This document shows positions 25,601 through 38,290 of a stretch of 64,000 bases of DNA, piece after piece. The notes under the pieces are model-generated. The model worked only from the letters and a program-made list of their open reading frames with translations, had not been told where the DNA came from and ran no database searches. The position numbers and the translations under genes were made by a program. This DNA comes from Lama glama (taxonomy: Eukaryota), in NCBI GenBank assembly GCA_028534125.1, contig CM052817.1, forward strand, positions 48,052,001 to 48,116,000, read 5' to 3'. Each line of letters starts with the position of its first letter. Within the stretch, counting starts at the first letter, position 1.

Positions 25601-27514
25601 CCATCTCTCAACTGTAAAATGGGAATAATATTTATTCTCATGTGGCCCATAAATATGACTGAGTGGTGGCCTCTGTGGACAGAGGTAAGATGACAGCAAG
25701 TAGAGTGTCTGCAAGATGCTAGGAGAATGATAAACATATCCTCCCAAGTCACCAAAGACCCAAGGACAGAGTTTATTTGCATTCACATGGATAGCAAGAA
25801 GGACCCTGCACAAGGGGAGTGGCTCCAGCCATATTTCCTATAAGGCACATGGAAGTAACACTATTTATTATAAACAGTAATAATAATGATAATAAGCAAA
25901 AGAGCCTAACTTTCCTCCACCTTCAAAATAAAAACTGACCGTTGTTACAAGATGTGCACAGAAATAGACTTCTCAGGTCTCCCTGAAGGACAACAGGGTG
26001 GCACGCATGTTAGAGCACATGGCTGAGTGCAAAGGCATCCTTCACAGTGACGACCACAATGCCCGTGGGACTTCCTTTATTGGATTTCACAGGATGGAGC
26101 CATTGTAAATGGCCCCACATTACTCATGCACAGAAAAGCTAATGAGAATCCCTACTCAGTGATTACAGCTTGCCCTGGTTCTGAGGACTGCAAATGGATA
26201 AAACTATTTCCTGGAAAAATGTTAACATGCTAGGACATATTATTCAGATTATTGCCCTGACATAGTTTTATGACATTATTAAATTACATCCCCTCGAATT
26301 GCTTGGGCTCCTTCTCTTAATTCAAATGATGCTAGATTTTACCTCTAGACTAGTACCACCCTCCAATACAGAAGGAACAGAGCCAGACAGGAGCAGATGC
26401 TAAGAGGGACACAGAAATGGTCATGATGTGCTACTCAATGAACTCGCATTACTGTTAAATAAAAAAGCCTTTTAAAATGTCTTCCATGTGTAGCTTCTCG
26501 AGAAAAAGAATGCAAATGAAAAAGCAAGAGCAATGTAACACTTCTTGGCATGTTTTTTTCTTTCCAGCTCCAGTAAAATTAGTCCAAAGAGACATAAATA
26601 AAACCAGAGGGACACACAAGCTGGACTTCGGCCACAGTCTAAGTCAGCGAGCTGCTGGCCAGGTAATTGCTCAGACAGGACTGTGAGGCTCTGCTGGAAT
26701 GTTTTCAGGCACAAAGCGAAGTCACAGAAAACACAAGTCATGATAATCCCATCAGCTGAAGCAGCTCCGATCATCCCTCTTCCTCTGCTATTTGCCCAAT
26801 GACTGCTTATATGACTCCTATACTATAATACGACAAGTATTATTCCTATTTTCGGTGTCTAAGAAATATAAAAATGGGGGGGAAATGCTGGTATGGTAGG
26901 AAAAAACGGCCTGTAATCTACGAGTTGGAAGGCCCTAAGGACATGTTCTCCCAATTTTCCCTCTAAATTGGCTCAGAACCAACCTGTGCCCCTTGTCTTG
27001 TCAGTTTATCACCCTCAGACCACCTGAGATGGTTGAGCAGGGTTCAGAGCCCTTCCTGCTCACTTGGGAAACCCGGGGACCCATAACAGACAACCCCTCA
27101 GAAAAGGTCTTATTTATATGGTAATTTTCTGATGTCAACCTGAAGATTAAAAACTTCTCTTTAAACTCTTCCCAAGCACAAGTTCAAGTGAAGCATTAAC
27201 TTCTATTCACCTATTGCACTTGAGAAGTCCAGCTCTCTGACCCCACTGCTGAGCTCGGTTACAGAGGAAATAAAGAGGAGGACTTCCAAGGTTCTGAGCA
27301 GAGTGATGAGTTCGTGACTGTAATAACAGTAACATGCTTCCTTTAAAATAAAATTGTATGAGATATAAGTTTATGATTTATTTATTGCACATGACATAAA
27401 GTGCAAACTTACATGTATAGCTTAATGATCTTTACATATGTGTGTATGTATAGAATACATACAAATAGACGTGTTTGTATCCACTATCAGTTTTCAAGGA
27501 AATGAAAGCAACTC

Positions 27515-27890
27515 TGACCTCTGAACCATTTACCATCTGTATGATCGTGAATGAGTTGCTTAAACTCTCAGACTCAGTTCCTTCATCTGTAAAAACCATA
27601 CACCTACAGCTTATCCTTTAAAAATATTATTGTGATGGGGGAGGGTATAGTTCAGTGGTAAAGTGCGTGCTTAGTATGCACAAGGTCCTGGGTTCAATCA
27701 CCAGCACTTCCATTAAAAATAGTAATAATAAATAAATAAACCTAATTATTTCCCCCTGCAAAAACAAATAAAATGCAAACAAAACAAAACAAAAATCAAA
27801 TTTCTTTAAAAAAAAAAAACAAAAAATATTATGAGGATTAAATCTATAAGGACTAATCCATAAGAAACTATTACATAGCCCAATGAATGA
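27515..27890 (+). mobile_element. MIR split by a younger SINE
   Basis: agttgcttaaactctcagactcagttccttcatctgtaaaa...tattgtgat [SINE] ...atgaggattaaat. Confidence 0.65.
27637..27820 (+). mobile_element. tRNA-Ala-derived SINE (vic-1-like, long-tail form)
   Basis: gggggagggtatagttcagtggtaaagtgcgtgcttagtatgcacaaggtcctgggttcaatcaccagc, tail aataaataaacctaattatttccccc. TSD aaaaatattat on both sides. Confidence 0.88.
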
Positions 27891-28092
27891 TTGTAATTGT
27901 TATTATTCCTACTACTGCACAAGGGCTAAGTAACTTGACAGTGTGAAAGTCAGTCTGAACCATTCTTTCAGATGAAACCTTTCTAATAGGCTTGCTCTGG
28001 ATGTGGCCTCATTCTGCTGGTTCTCTAGCCCGAGGGAGAGGAGCCTTCCCTGGAAGCACACTGTGGACCCCAGGGGGCCCGGAGCAGCTTAC

Positions 28093-28250
28093 CGTGTGGG
28101 CACAGGGACCTCAGTCAGGGCACCCAGCATGACCGCCTGCTGCAGCCGAACAAAGGCAATGAAAGGAGAATCCAAGAAGTCGACCTCGCCGACCAGCACG
28201 TTGGAGGCTTCTGCATCTCGGGGTAGTTTTTTCATGAACTTATTCTTCAG
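28093..28250 (-). CDS. SLC4A4: SLC4A4 coding exon (~exon 8, 158 nt): [52 protein letters not shown](R)
   Basis: Within ORF 28089..28316(-). Acceptor ...cttcccatgcag|CTGAAG, donor ACACG|gtaagc. Band-3-like cytoplasmic domain motif VLVGEV...FVRL. Confidence 0.98.
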
Positions 28251-28502
28251 CTGCATGGGAAGGGCCAAGAAAGCACAACTTATTTCCAGAGAAGGGAACA
28301 AGAAGAGGCATTCCATATATCACTCAAGGGAATTCCTCTGTATGAGTCTACACGCAGCAGGCAGGCCCTAGCTAGTCATTCTTCTAGTATGTTTAACCAC
28401 TCTACTACAATAAACATTTATCTGGGCTTTGTATTCAAAAATATTGAGCACATATTCTCATGGTTTACATATAAAACAATGTTTGCATATGTAGCAATCT
28501 AT

Positions 28503-29640
28503 GTATTTACTCACTCAATAACGTGTTGAGACTCTACTGTGAGCCAGGAACTGATCTAAGCCTTAGGGATAAGGGATGGATCAACTAACAGGTCCTCCTG
28601 GGGCTCCTATTCCAGCAGGGGGAGAAGTAAAATAGGATATTAGGTAGTGGTAAATGCTGAGAAGGAAAAATAAAACAGTAAGAGGGCACTGCTTTAAACA
28701 GGGTGGTCAGGGAAGGCCTCTGAAGAAATGTATTTGACATTGGAGCAAGGGGACAATCCATGCAAAGATCTGGGCTGAGAATATTCTAGGCAAAGAGAAC
28801 AGCAAGTGCAAAGCCCTGAGACAGGAAAGAGCTTGGAGTCAGAGGAACAGTAAGTAGGCAAGTGTGGTGGGAGCTGAAGGAGCAAAGGCAAGAAAATGGT
28901 AGTAAATGAAGTTGCATAGGTAAGGGGGGACCAGGAGGTAAGGGCCTGGAAGGCCACAGTAAGGAGTTTGGGATGTTTTATGTGGAACTTGTCTACTAAA
29001 GGTCCAAGTGGAAATGTGGAGTAGAAAGACATAAATTTAGGAGCTACACCATGTAAACAGTATTTAAGACCGTGGGATAGGATGACACAGCCTTGGGTGT
29101 GAGTGTAGACAGAGAAGAGGAGTAACATCTAAACCCTGGGTTACTCCACCTTTTATAGGAAAGGGAGGAGATATCGGCAGAAGACATTAAAAACAAAACA
29201 AAACAAAAAACAGCCAGTGAGCCAGTGAGGCAGGAGGAAAACCAGGGCTTCACCAACAGTCAGGTGAAGAAAAGGCTCAATAAGGAAAGTGTATCAGCCA
29301 CGTCAAAGGCTGCTGGAAGTGCAGATAAGACGAGAGCTAAGAATGGACCGATGAATCTGGCAAGTTGGCACTGCTGGGTGATCCTGACAAGAGCCGTTAT
29401 AGTGGACACTGGCTACTCAGTAAAGAGTGACAGGTGAAGAAGCGAAGACAGGGAGTAGGCAGAATTATTTTGAGAAATGTTACTACCAAGAAAAGCCAAG
29501 TATCAGGGAGGGAGGTGAAGGAAGGCATAAAATAGAGGATTTTTTAAGATAGGAAATACGATGACACGGGAATGTTAAAGAGGACGATCTAGTAGAGACA
29601 GATTACTGCTGCAGGAGCGATTAGAATAACTGCAAAAGAG
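28503..29640 (-). mobile_element. L2 (L2a-like), ~1.1 kb including a decayed RT segment
   Basis: L2 3' end on the minus strand at ~28503, motif gggtggtcagggaaggcctctgaaga. ORF 28694..29128(-) begins LLLFSVYTH...ILSHGLKYCLH, resembling L2 RT LLFSIYT...IQSHGFKYHLYADD. Confidence 0.8.
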
Positions 29641-30459
29641 ACGATGGGATACCCACAGCACAGGGAGAGGGATCAGCTGCAGAGGGACACAGAGGGCTCA
29701 TGCGCCCTAGCCGGGGAAGGCAGGCTCAGTGGGGACAGAGGCGGGCGAGCTGGGAGGTTTGTGGGTGAAGATGAGGGCTTCCGAGCACTCATAACTTTGC
29801 AGTGAAATACAAGTGACCTGATGGTGAGGAGGAGAAGGAGGGACGAATGTGGGAGTTTGAGGAGAAGGGTAAAGGTGTAAAGTGACTTTCTTGGAGAGTA
29901 AAGGCTGCTTAACACAGCCCCTTTGAAAACGTATCTTGCAGGTGTTACTCGTTCCCCTCTCCCTCCTCCCCAGCTCCCACTTAGAACGGCTCGAGTGTCC
30001 TTCAGTGAGTGGGAAACGCCTCCCAGCAGCTCGAGGACATCGTCTCAACGATCATAACAGGATGGAGAGGAGGGTCTTGCAGGACTGAACAAAGACACCG
30101 ACTTCTGACGCCTACTTATCACCAATGTAAATGTCTTCCCCTCAAGTCAAAAGTTACCAGTGACTTTTTTTTGCCACGGATTATTGCTGATATGGGAAGT
30201 GGTAGGCATGACCCAATTTTCCTCACTGATAAAAAATTATAAGTACATTTTATTTTCAAGTTTCCATTTGAAGAGTTCTTAATTAGGGAAAATAAGTGCC
30301 ATGAGACCCAATCCCCAAAACTTCATCACCCTCAGGAGCATTGCCATAGGATTTTTTCCTGTAATTTGGTACTTCATATAAGAAGAAAGCTGCGAGGCAA
30401 AAAATAAGGAAGTTGGGTTTAATAACTTGGTGTAAACAAACAACAAAAACAGCAAAGGC

Positions 30460-30510
30460 TATATATATATATATATATACACACACACATATATATATAT
30501 GTATATATAT
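30460..30510. repeat. Compound (TA)n(CA)n(TA)n microsatellite
   Basis: Read directly. Confidence 0.9.
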
Positions 30511-30937
30511 TTTTAGGTGTTAGGAGCATGACTACTTCTAGCAGTAAAAGACTTTTCCAAGTTTATACCATTTATCCTCCAAGAAATACTAATATTCAAA
30601 AAAAAAGTCTGTTTACATTCTATAGACATGAAAAGCATAGCTATGGAAAAGCTCTAAAAGCATCAAATTGCCAAAATTGTTATTCTAGCCTAAGGAAGTT
30701 ACAGCAATAAACTATTCTCTGTGACACAAAGTAGAGTGCGGGGTTTGGTCAAGTGGCCCAAAAACGCATAACAGAAGATGACTGCTCAAGTAATCTTCTT
30801 CCAGCTCCTTCCAGAGAGAGTGCCCATTACCAACACAGGGTGTGAAGCTCTAGAATCTTCCGGTTTCAGTTCCCATTCTCTCCAGCACTCTTTGCTCCAG
30901 TTAGGCAGGCAATCGGACCATAATTGCCTTCTGTCTT

Positions 30938-31170
30938 TTTTTTTTTAACATTTTTTATTGGTTTATAATCATTTTACAATGTTGTGTCAAATTCCGATGT
31001 AGAGCACAATTTTTCAGTTATACATGAACATATATATATTCATTATCACATTTTTTTCTCTGTGAGCTACCATAAGATCTTGTGTATATTTCCCTGTGCT
31101 TTACAGTATAATCTTGTTTATCTATTCTACAATTTTAAAATCCCGTCTATCCCTTCCCACCCTCCACCCC
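30938..31170 (-). mobile_element. Young 5'-truncated L1 (3'UTR only) with poly-A and perfect 20-bp TSD
   Basis: CCATAATTGCCTTCTGTCTT at 30918-30937 and 31171-31190. On the minus strand: G-rich tract, laurasiatherian-type L1 3'UTR (gcacagggaaatatacacaagatcttatggtagctcac), AATAAA and poly-A. Confidence 0.88.
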
Positions 31171-31292
31171 CCATAATTGCCTTCTGTCTTATGTACGTAA
31201 GACCCCACACTTATTATCAAAAACTGTCCTTTCCTTATTTCTAAACTTCCTTCAGAGCTCAAAACAAGCCTTCTAGCTTCTACCGTCTCAGC

Positions 31293-31342
31293 CCACCTCC
31301 CTGGGAACCCCAGAAGCCACCTCCCTGGGAACCCCAGAAGCC
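31293..31342. repeat. Perfect 24-bp tandem duplication (CCACCTCCCTGGGAACCCCAGAAG x2)
   Basis: Units at 31293-31316 and 31317-31340. Confidence 0.95.
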
Positions 31343-31859
31343 CTCACTTCTGAATCACACTTTTGCCAAGGTTTAACTCTTCCCCCTGAGTTTGAGGGTT
31401 GGAACAGTTTATCCCGCATGGTACTGAATACGTAGTTTGCACATAATTCAGCTATAATAAATATTCTGAATGGAAGGAATGAACTATGTAGCACTAAAAA
31501 TCAGACGAAAAGACCATCAAATGCCCAGGAAAGTTAGAGAGGTTTTAAAGGCTCATTCTAGAACATACTATATCTGGATCTATTGCAACTACCTGACTCA
31601 ACACCTATAGGCTGTCCCACAGCTAAAGATACACTGCCACAAAATGGTTTACCAGTACTCTGGTACCTTTACTGATATTACTGTGCCATCTTGCAAAATT
31701 AGAAGTATATTTTTAAGACTAAAGGAACTGTATTCTATGTGCCCTTAAGAGAAGTAGTCATAAAGATGTGTTCCTTTAGATCAACACATCTAAAATTGTG
31801 TTTGTGGAATATGAGTGTTCTCAGAGAAACTAAAAGCTATTCTGAAATCAAAATGTGTG

Positions 31860-32360
31860 GTGCCTGAGGTGTCCCAGAACTTAGACCTTAGACAGCTCTT
31901 TTCTCTCTACACACACTCCCTTCGTGATCTCACCAAGTCCCATGCCTTTGAATGTCATCTATATACTGATGACTCACAAATTTATATCCTCAGCCAGGAC
32001 CTCTTCCCCAAACTCCAGACCTGTAACATCTCTCCTTGCATGTCTAATAGGCATCGCAAACTTCACAAACCCCAAAACTGAGCGCCCCTGAGAGTCCCCT
32101 CAAACTAGCTCTTCCTGTGGTCTTCCTCACCTGGTTCACGGCAACTCTGTTCTCCCATTGCTCAGGACAAAACCTTGCTGTCGTCGTCAGCATTTCTCCT
32201 CCTCACACCCCATGCCAACTCTATCAGCAAATCCTGCTGGATCTACAAAGTCCATCCAGAATCTGACTGTTCCTCACCACCTTCACTGTTAACACCCTGG
32301 TCCACATGACGACCACCTCTCTCCTGGGTGATGGCCCTAGACTCCTGGCTGGGTGCCTGC
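31860..32360 (+). mobile_element. L2 internal fragment, reverse-transcriptase region
   Basis: ORF 31815..32081 contains LFSLYTHSLRDLTKSHAFECHLYTDDSQIY...MSNRHRKL, a recognisable L2 RT YADD region. Confidence 0.85.
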
Positions 32361-34254
32361 AATGTTTAAGGCCTGATAGTGGGCACAGCCAAGAATGGAC
32401 AGACTTTACTCTCCCGAAGTTTACAGTCCAATGAAGAGGAGCAAATATAGAAAGTGCTCTAATGAAAGAAGAAACATAAACACAATACGAAAGGTATACT
32501 GTTCAATGGGAAGTCACAGAATGCAGTAATCACACCTGGCAACAGAGTTCAAGGAAGGCTCCTCTGTGAATCAGGTTTAAAGAGCTCTCTCATACAGGCG
32601 GGCTCCTCAAATACTGATACTGTAAGTTCTCCTTTTCAAGTACCTCAGTATGATCTGATAAAAAGTAATGACTGAAGTGTAAAAACCAATTCTAGGCTTA
32701 AACAGTAAAATGTGAACAATAAGAAAATATCGAGAAAAAATTGTCAACATTAAACAGAGAATGGTGAAGAATAACCCAGGAGTTAAACAAAGAACAATAA
32801 AAGATCATGAACACAAGAACAGAATCTAAGGCTTTCACATCAGGTTGAAGATAATCCAATAAACTCACCTGGAGTGAATGCCAAAGATAAAGTTACAGAC
32901 CATTAGATTCTCTAAGGGATACCCATCCTGGATTTTATGCAGGGCCAACTATGAGAACACACACAGTGGAAAGAATTTCCATTAGCCAAACTTGATTCCA
33001 AAGAAATGGATTTCAAACGGCTGCCATGTGGAGGTACAACTGGTAAAAGATACTCAGACTAGCTCAGTGATATGGGGACGCTTTTTTGTCTTTACCAGGT
33101 AATATCACCAACTCCATGAATCTAGGAATGTACATTTCAGGTTCCTTTTGTACAAGCCTGTATTCTTTCTTCCAAAGTGAGGGCTTGCTATAATTACTCA
33201 GAAGTACATGGCTTGCTCTTCTGCCATAAATGTTTACTCTTAGAATTTCTTAATCTTCCTCACATTCTAAGTGGCTCTCTAACAACCCAGTGATCACAGT
33301 ACTAGCATATCCAAGAAACAAGAGATTATGAATGGGTAAAGCAGATCAAGTGGACTAATTATAACATAGATGGTGTATGTGGGATGACAGCTCTGTGTGA
33401 TGATGGAAAAGTTACTCATGCACAAAAGAGAGGCATCACATGTAGCTGACTGAAAAAGTCAATCTTCCAAATCCCACTCACGTCTTAGATTCTCCTGTCC
33501 TCTTCTATGAAAAGTTTATAGATTTTAGGTTTTCTATATGAGACCTGTCACAATGTAACTGTTACTCAATCTTGATTGACTGGAATAACATTATGTCCTC
33601 CCAGCTCTTGACTATCACCCTCAGACCTACAGCATCAACTGGTAAGCAGGTCCAGGCCGTCATATTATTCCTCAGGCACTAGACACGAATTTAAACCCTA
33701 CCTCCTTTTGTCTGCCATTATTAGCACATGTTAAAAATAAGTGTAATAAAGAGGGATTTATAATCAGGAGTACTCATGGTTTGTCATCTGAATCTAATCT
33801 GTTAGAAGAAAACCCTATAGGCTGTTCAACATCCTTCCTACAAGTGATGTTATAAAAATCATCTAAACCTGATTATTTCTCCAAAGCTTACACCTATTAC
33901 TACCCCATTCCATACATTCTTTTTTCCTCTCCAGGAGAATGATTTTAATCTTCCAATCTGTAGTTATTCTCAATTCACCCCTGCCTAATGCCCCGTGTCA
34001 ACAGGCTAACATCCGCCTGGTTTCCTGGGGCAAAAAGCTTATTCTCAGCTTTCTTACTTGTGTTCTTTCCTCTCTTCTTCTCTCCTTCTTATTTTATTTC
34101 TCTTCCTCCTGCTGATTTCCTCCCTCACATTCTCTTTGAAAACTGCCAGCTCTTATTCTTTTCCAAACTAATTCCTCTGGTAGGCTCAAAATCATTCTAG
34201 GACACCTTAGTACCATGTCCTTCCAGTGGAAATGTACCTGTGTTAGTGGTAAAG

Positions 34255-34393
34255 TAGGGTCACCATACTTATCAGGTTGGTGACGTGTATGACAGCCCCA
34301 GTTTACCCCACTGTCCTGGAGTAAGTATTAATATCATCTTCTTTCACTCTCAAAAGTGTCTTGGGCTAAGAAAGAAATTATATGATCACCCTA
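34255..34393. mobile_element. hAT-Blackjack MITE (MER94-like)
   Basis: Terminal inverted repeats tagggtcaccata ... tatgatcacccta, internal ctttcactctcaaaagtgtc. Confidence 0.75.
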
Positions 34394-34969
34394 CATTTTA
34401 ATCTCACTGAGGCTGACTCCTGAGCAGTGCCTAAGATACGGCATTGGGATATAATTACATGCTGTTGAACTTAAGATTGAAGGAACTCAAAAGTATGAGA
34501 GAATACCTGGGTCAAACAGCATCACAGTAAATCTTTCTGAGTATGAATTTATTCATTTATGATATGCAGCAATATTAACTATTAGGATAGGATAAAAGTA
34601 TTCTCTCGCTCAGCACAGGTAAGATGATTCTGCCTCTGCCCACTCCAGTGGCCAATTTGATGGATTAAAGTTTGACAGATTCATTGGGACTTTTTTCTAA
34701 TGAGAGGGGTGCAGTGCCTTGAAGACAAGAAACTAACTGTTTTCTCTTACAGCAAGACAAATGAATGGAAAAAGACTTTACATCTTAATCCATGTGGCTG
34801 GTTAGAAAAGTAGACTCAGAGACAGTTTCATATGCTCCTGTATATTTCTCTATCATAACTCATGTCTCTTAAGTCTGTTAATCCCAGAATTTGGATTCTG
34901 TATGGGTGGTTTTAGGTGTGGAACAGTGTATTTGGTGAAGAAGAAATTTCCAATCTAAATAATACTTCT

Positions 34970-36130
34970 CAGAGACTTCACTTCCAACTATCGTAAACTA
35001 ACTTACATCACACCAACCCTTCCAGGAAGAAAAACTGAAAAGCTGGATTTCTGTAATCTGTTTAAATGAATCAGAAAGTTACTATGACATTAAAAGCCTA
35101 AGGAGCCAGTATCCCTGAAGAAGGAAACTGCCCAAACGTAAGGATAAATTCAGCTCTGATTTTCTTCTAAAGGCATTTGATGATTCCTAAGTAGCTGCAG
35201 AAATTCAGAAATTGAGCAGAGCCCTCAGCAGTCTCCAAGTGATAAGCAAACATGCCAGGCATTCAGTGGGGACCCCTAAAGGACAAGACTCAAGGCGTAA
35301 GGGCAAACTAGTAATAAACCAATCCACATAGAGACTGAAACCCAGCTTCCAGTCAGCTCACTTCCAGCCTAAATGTTAAGTTGGCTGGCCTACCAGAACA
35401 ATCTCTGAAGAAAGATAACATTATCCAGAATACCAACTTAGCTCTATTATGTATGTTCAATATTCAATCAGAGACTCAATCTGATACTCAATCAGAAACC
35501 ACTGATATTCAATCAGAAATTACTAAGCATACTGGTAGACAAGATCAAATGGCTTTCCAGTCATTTTTTTTCTCATCCAAGAAAAAACAGAAATTAGAAA
35601 CAAACTGAAAGGAGCCACATATTATAGTTATCAGAAACAGACTTTGAAGTAACTTAATAATATTTTGAAACATTGATGAGATGGAGAATTTCAACAGAAT
35701 CCATTTAAAAAACAAACTAGATGTCCTAGAGATTAACATATGTATCAAGGACCTATTAAAGTCAAGATTATTCATAATATGAAAAAGAGGACATATCAAA
35801 ATATGTGGTATGCAGCTAAACATGTGTGCTCAGTAAAATTCATAGCCTAAGTGCAAATATTACAAAAGAAGAAAAGTTAAAGTTTGATGATCTAAATATG
35901 TAGCTCAAGGAGTAAGAATAAAACAGCAAATGAAACTCAAAGAAGGGATAAAGAAGGAATTAATAAAAACAAGAAAGGAAATTATGTCCTTAAAAAACAA
36001 ATATACTATCCTGGTCATATTCTATTTCATAATCTGAATGACAACTATACAGGTCTGTCCACACTGTAAAAACTAATCGAGTAGATTTCATCTATATATG
36101 TAACACAAATATGTTTTACTTTAATAAAAC
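34970..36130 (+). mobile_element. Ancient L1M remnant (5' region, ORF1, ORF2 and 3'UTR pieces)
   Basis: gacttcacttcc 5'-like start; ORF1-like gttatcagaaacagactttgaagtaact...atggagaatttcaacaga; ORF2-like catatcaaaatatgtggtatgcagctaaa; 3'UTR-like ggtcatattctatttcataatctg...tttactttaataaaa. Confidence 0.65.
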
Positions 36131-38129
36131 AATTATACTATGAGTGTCTTAATAAATAAACTGTTGTTTCACTGCAAATCTGGCTTACATGTAGTGCTCC
36201 CTTGGCAGGAAACTTTCAAAAAAGGAAATCAAGGGCAGTGAAACACTAAAACTATACTCCACAGCCCTAATTCATATGTCAAAGACTTTTGAAAACATGA
36301 GATAAGAGATAAAGTACCTAGCAAGACACACAAAAAATGTAGGGCTCACTCCTCCCCAACCTTCTTTCTAGTTTCTCCAACATAGAAAGCAAACTTCCCT
36401 GCTGCCTTTTCTCTTTCTACCATGAATAAGGGGGAGGCCACCTGACTGTGCTACGCAGGTGAGATATTCCTGCCTTTATCTTCCAATGGCATGCAACCCC
36501 TATTGCACTGCTCAACATACACATAATATAACCTAATCTAGTATGCTTCCTTTGGGTTATAATTAGCCTCCAACAGGGCTGGGATGAAGAAGCAATCCAT
36601 CAAAAGTAGCCTTGTGAAAACTAATCCCTGAGATAATTTTGAAATAGATTTGACTTACCAAGAACTATGTGTATGTATTTGGAACAGATCTACCGTCCCC
36701 AATTCCAGGAATCCTGTAGTATGATAGGTGGGGACTGCTATACTGCCTATAGTTGGCTTCTGTGGTTAACTGAAGACTGTCCCTATGGCCCATCCTCCCC
36801 CAACTTTCCAGCAGTCCTCCCATCCCACATCCAAGGGAGATAAGAACTCATCGGAACTAATCAAATTCAAAGTCAATTAACCTTCACTGGCTTTTCTCAG
36901 GCACTAGGGAAATAGTTCTTCTCACTGAAAGCTCTGTTTTGGCCTTTCTTTGTAGTAGGAGGTTCTCAGTACAAAGAGCAGACCTCCTCTTCAGTTCAAG
37001 TACAAGGAGCCTCTTTCGCTTATAGGTTCTTTACAGCTACCAAGACGAGGCAGGAGGCTCTGCCTAGGTCACTGCGGTTCTGCTGTGGGGTTTGCAGTCA
37101 AAACCTCAGTCAGTAATAAAGAGTCCCTTGGCCCTTGCCTCTCTGTACACATGTCCCTACTTGATCTCCTGGAAAGTGTTGGGCTGAGGACAGGGCCTGC
37201 GTGTTCCTAAGAAGCCTGCACAAATACCACCTCAAACACACCCCAACATTCCGTTCCTAAATCTCACTTTACTGTAAATGGTATGGTTGCTCAACAAGGA
37301 AATGACAGAAGAAGGAAAAAGATAGGGATTGTTGTTTTATAAGCTAAGCCCGGAATTGCTTTTGATTTCAAGACTAGGTAAGACAAATCATCTCAAAGCT
37401 GCTTCTTCTGTTAAATACAGGTAGTCTTTACTTATTCCATAAGGTAATTCGTGGAATCGGACGTTTTTGGTGTGATAGAAAGGACTGTTAGAATAATTAC
37501 TGTAAATGGGTTTTGTTTTGTCTTCAATGATTACCCTTTAGGTTATCTTCAAGTTGTAATTTAGAAGAATATTTCCAATGGCTAAATTTAATCGGCCCCA
37601 TGTCTAAGAGGCCTAAAAGGAGAAGCTAGTGCTCAATCACCTGCAGAATCCAACCATTCGACAATCACATAAGATGTTATTAGTGCTCACTTATGGCGCG
37701 GTCTCAGATTTCCTGAGTGTATAAGACATGAAAGAGGGCAGAGTCATTAAATAAGACAAAATGCCAAATGGCTCGTGGCTGCGTGTTTCTACTTTTCAAA
37801 GACTCTTCTACTTTTGCTTATTCCGTTTTTAAAAATACAAAATGAAAACAGTCCCCCGAGGGTGAAAATTTGATTTTCTAATTTTTCCTTCCAAATATAG
37901 ACATCTCACCACCATTAATGCAAATGACTCTGCAAAGCAGCACATTTACAAATGGCTATTAAACTAAATATAACATTAAATACAATCCATCAGTTCTGAT
38001 TTTCTAAATAGAATGAAATTTCAAGTACTGACCTAGTTGAAAAATCACCTTATTAAAATCTCTAGTCACATTTTCTTATGTTTTATATCATTTTTTAAAA
38101 AATCAATGTTTTTAGCTATTTACAGTATT

Positions 38130-38290
38130 TTAAACGTTTTCACATTTACTATTTTACTTGAATTCTTACAGAAAGTTAATGAGAAATGTACTATTTAACT
38201 ATTTTACAGATGAGGGAAATTAAAGTTCAGAAAGTTTAAAGGACTTCATGAAACTCATACAGCCAACTGGCCAAGCCAGAATGTGCTCTC
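38130..38290 (-). mobile_element. MIR fragment
   Basis: attttacagatgagggaaattaaagttcagaaagtttaaaggacttc...catacagcca. Confidence 0.7.

Noticed and set aside
28694..29128. 144-aa ORF
   Set aside because: Decayed L2 sequence, not a host gene.
32600..33750. Possible processed pseudogene or ERV-internal remnant upstream of exon 8
   Set aside because: No recognisable coding similarity, poly-A or TSD by eye; a tblastx search would be needed.
36659..36713. Possible 55-nt cryptic exon ending TTG|gtaagt
   Set aside because: Weak pyrimidine tract, in-frame stop and no other evidence.
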